Below are positions 59,552-64,000 of a DNA stretch of 64,000 bases, piece by piece. The stretch spans positions 1,248,001 through 1,312,000 of the forward strand of contig CAXXVS010000003.1 in the NCBI GenBank assembly GCA_963674755.2. The letters are read 5' to 3'. The notes under the pieces are model-generated. The model did no database searches, was not told the DNA's origin, and saw only the letters and a program-made list of their open reading frames with translations. The stretch's first letter is position 1; each line of letters opens with the position of its first letter. The translations under genes and the position numbers were made by a program. The DNA comes from Desulfobacterales bacterium. GTDB taxonomy: Bacteria; Desulfobacterota; Desulfobacteria; Desulfobacterales; UBA5852.

Positions 59552-60598
59552 ATGTCTTCTGGTACCATTGCGGCAGGGAAAAAGACAAGCCCATCTTCCG
59601 GCGGGTCGCGGCAGCCCATCGGCGTGGATATCGGTACGGCCAATATCGTCGTTTACATGAACGGTCAAGCCGGCGCCAAGGCCCAGATGGAAGCCAATGC
59701 CTTTTTTACGGTGCCGGCCCTGCCCAACACGCGCAAGATTCTGGAAACCAAGGCGGTACGATTCTTTGAAAAGGACGACCGCCTGCATGTCATTGGCAAC
59801 GCGGCCGAGGAGTTTGCCAGCATCCTGGGAGGAACGACCCGTCGTCCCATGGAAAGCGGCCTGGTCAACCTGAAGGAGAGCGACAGCATCCGTGTCATCC
59901 AGGCCATTTTGGATCCCATGATCCCGCCGCCGGCCCAAAAAGACCAACCGCTCTGGTTCAGCGTGCCGGGGGAGCCGGTGGGCCAGTCCGGCGCCATCAT
60001 TTTCAACGAATCGATTTTCAAATCCTATCTCAAAGGGCGCGGATATGCGCCACGCGGCATCAACGAGGCCATGGCCGTAATCATCGCGGAACTGACCGAT
60101 CAGAACGCCACCGGGATCGGCATCTCCCTGGGGGGCGGGATGTGCAATATCTGTTTTTCCTATCTGTCGATTCCGGCGGTCACCTTCAGCATTCCGAAAG
60201 GGGGCGACTCCATCGACCAGACCGTGGGCCTTTCGGTGGGGGAGTCCGCCACCAAGATCAAAGGCATCAAAGAGCAGGAACTGGATCTGAGGGCTGCCCC
60301 CCGGAACAACATCGAACATGGGCTGCATGCGGCCTATGACGACCTTTTCACCCGTCTGGCCCGGAGCCTGGCGGAAGTTTTCAGGGGGGCCGATACCATG
60401 CCGCGCCTTAAGCAGGCCGTGCCGCTGGTGTTGAGCGGCGGTACCGTGCTTCCGCCTGGCAGTCGGGAGCGATTTGAAGCGATTCTGGACGAGGTGGAAC
60501 TGCCGGTCCGGATCGCGAAGGTCATCCAGGCCAGGGAACCGCTGTTGGCCACCGCCAAAGGCGCTTATATGATGGCCGTTGCCGAAGATGAAAAGTGA
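59552..60598 (+). CDS. Actin-fold ATPase, volactin-like
   Basis: IGVDIGTANI, RRPMESG, INEAMAV, GISLGGGMCN, KGGDSID, VLSGGT. Confidence 0.75.
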   Translation: MSSGTIAAGKKTSPSSGGSRQPIGVDIGTANIVVYMNGQAGAKAQMEANAFFTVPALPNTRKILETKAVRFFEKDDRLHVIGNAAEEFASILGGTTRRPMESGLVNLKESDSIRVIQAILDPMIPPPAQKDQPLWFSVPGEPVGQSGAIIFNESIFKSYLKGRGYAPRGINEAMAVIIAELTDQNATGIGISLGGGMCNICFSYLSIPAVTFSIPKGGDSIDQTVGLSVGESATKIKGIKEQELDLRAAPRNNIEHGLHAAYDDLFTRLARSLAEVFRGADTMPRLKQAVPLVLSGGTVLPPGSRERFEAILDEVELPVRIAKVIQAREPLLATAKGAYMMAVAEDEK

Positions 60599-62933
60599 TC
60601 CGCCCAAAAGCGTCGCCATCTATGCCGCTAAAACCGTGCGGGGGCAGATCATTGCCCGGTCATTGGCCCTGTGCGGCATTGCGGTGAGCCTCGATACGCG
60701 GCCGGAAGCAGCCCTTGCCAGGATCGAAAAGGGCGAAGCCGGGCTCCTGCTGGTGGATGTCAACAATCACTTGCAGGCGGAAAGCGAACTCATTGGCTCC
60801 CTTGCCCGCCACCTGGCGGACAGTCTGCTGATCACGCATACGGATCCTCATGACCGGGCCACCCTGGAAGCGTTGGGCATCGATTCCCAAAATTGCATTG
60901 AGGGCCCCCTGGACCCGGAGCAGATCTATGTTGCCGTGGAGGCGTTTTTTGCCGCGGGGGGTGGTTCGGGGTCTGCCGCGCGCCAGCTCCATGGAAAACA
61001 GTGGCGCATGGGTGAGCGGGGTCGGAGGATGCGACGCCGGGCCGGTAAGGTATTCCAGCGCGCTTTGCAGGCTTCGGGTCACAGGGTCGGACGGTGGCGC
61101 ATGACCATCATGCCGTGGATGACGGCGCTGCGGCCGGTGCGTCATTTTCTCATGGTTACGGGTTTTCTGGCCGCCGGCGGGGCGGCCGGCTATCTCTTCT
61201 GGTGCCTCTCCACCCTGCCCGACATCGATCGCCTGAACCATTTCTCACCGTTCAAAGCCTCCAAGCTGTACTCCTATGACAACCAGCTTTTGGCCGAGCT
61301 CTACGAACAGCGGCGCACCCCGGTGGTCCTCAAGGACGTGCCGCCGCATGTGCGCAAGGCCTTCATCGCCGTGGAGGACGCCCGTTATTTCCAACACAGC
61401 GGTATTGATCCCATCCGTATTGCCGGAGCCCTGTGGGCGGATATCAAAGCCGGTGAATATCGTCAGGGCGGCAGCACCATCACCCAGCAGCTCTCCAAGA
61501 TGATCTTTCTGGAATCTGAGAAAACGATTACCCGCAAGATCAAGGAGATGGCCATCGCGATCCAGATGGAACGGCGCTATTCCAAGGACCGTATTCTGGA
61601 GCTCTACCTCAACCAGGCCTACTTCGGCAGTCAAACCTACGGACTCCAATCGGCCGCCGAAGCCTATTTCGGGAAATCGGTGGGGCAATTGACGCTGGCC
61701 GAAGGGGCCTTGCTGGCGGCCCTGCCCAAAGCGCCGAGCGCCTACTCCCCCTTCCAGAACCCCGAGCGATCGCGCTACCGGCGAAATTTCGTCCTGCAGC
61801 GCATGCAGGCCAACGGGTTGATCTCCCGGGCGGAGTGCCAGGCGGCCATGCAGGCGCCCCTGCCCACCGTGTTCCATGGCCGCGTCTTCCAATCGCCTTA
61901 TTTCGTCGACTTTTGTCAAAAACGTCTGGAAGAAACCTATGGCGACCGTCTCGCCACCAGTGGTCTCACGGTTTACACCACCCTCGATGCCCGGCTGCAG
62001 GCCGCCGCGGAAAGCGCTATTCAACACGGCGTGGGGGCGCTCGCGGAACGGGGAATCGCGAATGTCCAGACAGCTTTGGTGGCTCTGGCCCTCGACACGG
62101 GCCAGATCAAGGCGATGGTGGGCGGCACGGACTATGGCCGCACCCAGTTCAATCGTGCCACCCAGGCTCTGCGGCAGCCGGGTTCGGCCTTCAAACCGTT
62201 TGTTTATCTGGCGGCCTTGCAGAAAGGATTGCGACCGGATTCACGCATCCAGGATCTGCCGGTGGCCGTATCGGTGAACAACGGCCGGCAGACCTGGCGG
62301 CCCCGCAATTACACCGGGCGCTTCAGCGGCGAAGTGACCCTGAAAGAAGCCCTGACACGATCCCTCAACGCGGCAACCGTTCATCTGGCCCTGCAAGTGG
62401 GGCTCACGGACATCATTGAAACAGCCCGCCTGGTGGGGATTCAGAGCAAATTGCATGCGGTCTATCCGACGGTATTGGGGGCCTCGGAGGTGACCTTGCT
62501 CGAACTGGTGGCCGCCTATGGGGCCCTGGCCACCGGCCGGCGGATCGTGCCGGTTTGCATGGATCGGATTATCGACAAGGGGGCCGCCACCATCTGGGAC
62601 CCCGGCATCCCGCCGACCGCCATTCTGCCGGCTACCTCGGTTGCGGCGATCCGCGAGATGCTGGCCGCGGTGATCAGCGACGGAACGGCGCGGCGTGCCC
62701 TTAGCTTGGGGCGCCCGGTCTACGGCAAGACGGGCACCACCAATGGCAATGCCGATGCCTTGTTTGTCGGATTCGACGCATCGCTGGTGGTCGGGGTATG
62801 GGTGGGGCGGGACGATCGTCTTCCCATCGGACCCAAAGAAACCGGCGCTCGCGCGGCGCTGCCCATATGGATCGAATTCATGAAACGGGTTCCGGCCGCC
62901 GGGATGCGGATGGCCGCCGTCAACATTCGGTAG
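60588..62933 (+). CDS. Class A penicillin-binding protein (PBP1A family) with receiver-like N-terminal domain
   Basis: Transglycosylase AVEDARYFQH, GGSTITQQL, RKIKE, YLN; transpeptidase SAFK, SLN, KTGT; start overlaps the actin stop. Confidence 0.88.
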   Translation: MKSDPPKSVAIYAAKTVRGQIIARSLALCGIAVSLDTRPEAALARIEKGEAGLLLVDVNNHLQAESELIGSLARHLADSLLITHTDPHDRATLEALGIDSQNCIEGPLDPEQIYVAVEAFFAAGGGSGSAARQLHGKQWRMGERGRRMRRRAGKVFQRALQASGHRVGRWRMTIMPWMTALRPVRHFLMVTGFLAAGGAAGYLFWCLSTLPDIDRLNHFSPFKASKLYSYDNQLLAELYEQRRTPVVLKDVPPHVRKAFIAVEDARYFQHSGIDPIRIAGALWADIKAGEYRQGGSTITQQLSKMIFLESEKTITRKIKEMAIAIQMERRYSKDRILELYLNQAYFGSQTYGLQSAAEAYFGKSVGQLTLAEGALLAALPKAPSAYSPFQNPERSRYRRNFVLQRMQANGLISRAECQAAMQAPLPTVFHGRVFQSPYFVDFCQKRLEETYGDRLATSGLTVYTTLDARLQAAAESAIQHGVGALAERGIANVQTALVALALDTGQIKAMVGGTDYGRTQFNRATQALRQPGSAFKPFVYLAALQKGLRPDSRIQDLPVAVSVNNGRQTWRPRNYTGRFSGEVTLKEALTRSLNAATVHLALQVGLTDIIETARLVGIQSKLHAVYPTVLGASEVTLLELVAAYGALATGRRIVPVCMDRIIDKGAATIWDPGIPPTAILPATSVAAIREMLAAVISDGTARRALSLGRPVYGKTGTTNGNADALFVGFDASLVVGVWVGRDDRLPIGPKETGARAALPIWIEFMKRVPAAGMRMAAVNIR

Positions 62934-62979
62934 CTGACGGGTTTGCCCGTGCCAACCCGCCGGTCGCTGTTTTCTGGTT

Positions 62980-63558
62980 TTAGATCGCCTTGGCTTGCGG
63001 AGCGATAGGCCCGCTCACGATGGATGCATGTGCGATCGCTTTCGTTGCCGGATCGGCATCCATGGCCGCGAAGGCGTCTGCCAGCTGGACCTGATTCCGG
63101 CCCCCGGTTTTGGCCTTATAGAGGGCCTGGCCGGCCCAGCCGACCAGCGCCTCCGCGGGCGTAAGGTGGTCGGGCACACCGCCGGCCACGCCCAGGCTGA
63201 CGGTGGCTTTCAAGATGGCCTGTCCGCTCTTCAACCGATGGGCCGCTATTTCCTGCCGCAGGGATTCCGCCAGGACGGCGGCATCTTCCAGCGGTGTGCC
63301 CGGGAGCAGGATGGCAAATTCCTCGCCGCCATAGCGGGCGATCACATCGGTGCAGCGTTTAAAGGACGTCCGCAGGATGCCGCAAAATAGGAATGCCAGC
63401 CAGGCCGGGTAGGCGATGGAAGGCTGCTGCTGGTGGAAGCCCGTCGCGAAGACGATAATGCTCCAGATGGCCACATAGACCGGAATCCCGGGGATCGAGC
63501 GTTCCACCAGATCCCGGGACAATCGTTCCCTGAATTGCGCTTTCAGACCGTGTGTCAT
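62980..63558 (-). pseudogene. Internally deleted membrane diguanylate cyclase
   Basis: Two TM segments fused directly to ILRTSFKRCTDVIARYGGEEF; first half of the GGDEF domain (D.LTG, DID.FK..ND..GH) absent. Confidence 0.65.
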
Positions 63559-63621
63559 ATGTTGTCTATACCGGTTTCCGCTGCACCGGTTCCCCTTTTG
63601 ACACCATTGCGCGAGGTTGCC

Positions 63622-64000
63622 ATGGACCAGGATTCCCCGAAACCTGCCGGGACCGTTATCGCCCTCTCCGTGAGCAAATCCAAAGGTGAGAAAAAAAGCA
63701 ATATCGACTCCGGCCGGTTTATCGTAAATCACGGCCTGGCAGGCGATGCCCATGCCGCCGACTGGCACCGTCAGGTTAGTTTGCTGGGCGTCGAGAGCAT
63801 TGCCAAAATTCAGGCGGCCGGCATGGATGTGACGCCCGGTAATTTCGCTGAAAACGTGACCACCGCCGGGTTGCGCCTTTGGGAGCTGCCCATCGGCACC
63901 CGGCTCCACCTCGGCGACGAGGTCCGGCTCGCGGTCACCCAGATCGGCAAGACCTGCCATCGACGCTGTCAGATCTTTCATCAGGTCGGCGACTGCGTGA
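63622..64000 (+). CDS. MOSC domain protein, 3'-truncated by window edge (absent from ORF track)
   Basis: GAGG RBS; MDQDSPKPAGTVIALSVSKSKGEKK...GLAGDAHA..WHRQVSLL...PGNFAEN...TQIGKTCH..CQIFHQVGDCV. Confidence 0.85.
   Translation, partial: MDQDSPKPAGTVIALSVSKSKGEKKSNIDSGRFIVNHGLAGDAHAADWHRQVSLLGVESIAKIQAAGMDVTPGNFAENVTTAGLRLWELPIGTRLHLGDEVRLAVTQIGKTCHRRCQIFHQVGDCV

Noticed and set aside
55840..60598. Magnetosome island idea (MamK-like actin plus MamS/MamX-like OB-fold protein)
   Set aside because: No mamA/B/E/M/Q/O-like genes in the window; the actin is linked to a PBP instead.
63559..63981. N-terminal 141 aa of the 333-aa minus-strand ORF
   Set aside because: Antisense to the plus-strand MOSC gene; the real start is more likely 63558.
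1..64000. CRISPR arrays, tRNA/rRNA, prophage or integrase genes
   Set aside because: No regularly spaced repeats or recognisable structural RNA or phage genes seen; a selC tRNA was not spotted by eye.

Overview
GC-rich bacterial DNA, most likely from an anaerobic Desulfobacterota (inferred from HdrABC-MvhD-MetVF, multiheme cytochromes, selenoproteins and many sigma54 promoters). The main feature is a ~39 kb island (1.7-40.7 kb). It encodes three paralogous giant secreted Asp-box proteins resembling the 'choice-of-anchor O' family: two carry a di-heme c module that is circularly permuted and inserted at different sites, and one of these also carries rubredoxin-like domains. The island also has a type II secretion (gsp) cluster, a Tat-exported split-Soret-type cytochrome, an octaheme cytochrome c with a membrane domain whose frame reads through an in-frame TGA followed by a SECIS-like hairpin, a VKOR-DsbA fusion, and a PAS histidine kinase / sigma54 activator pair. 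Four of the island's sigma54 promoters share an upstream TGTGTC-N2-GACACA-like palindrome, and the kinase is frameshifted at a G9 tract. Together this suggests a co-regulated, possibly phase-variable, secreted redox system (inference). The rest of the window holds a GH63 glycosidase, a DODA-type dioxygenase, a RAYT transposase between inverted repeats, a penicillin-acylase-family protein, amtB, an hdrCBA-mvhD(Sec)-metV-metF-frhB-like operon, a SpoIIE phosphatase, a volactin-like actin coupled to a class A PBP with a receiver-like N-terminus, a deleted GGDEF gene and a partial MOSC gene. All family calls come from motif recognition by eye; no database search was run.
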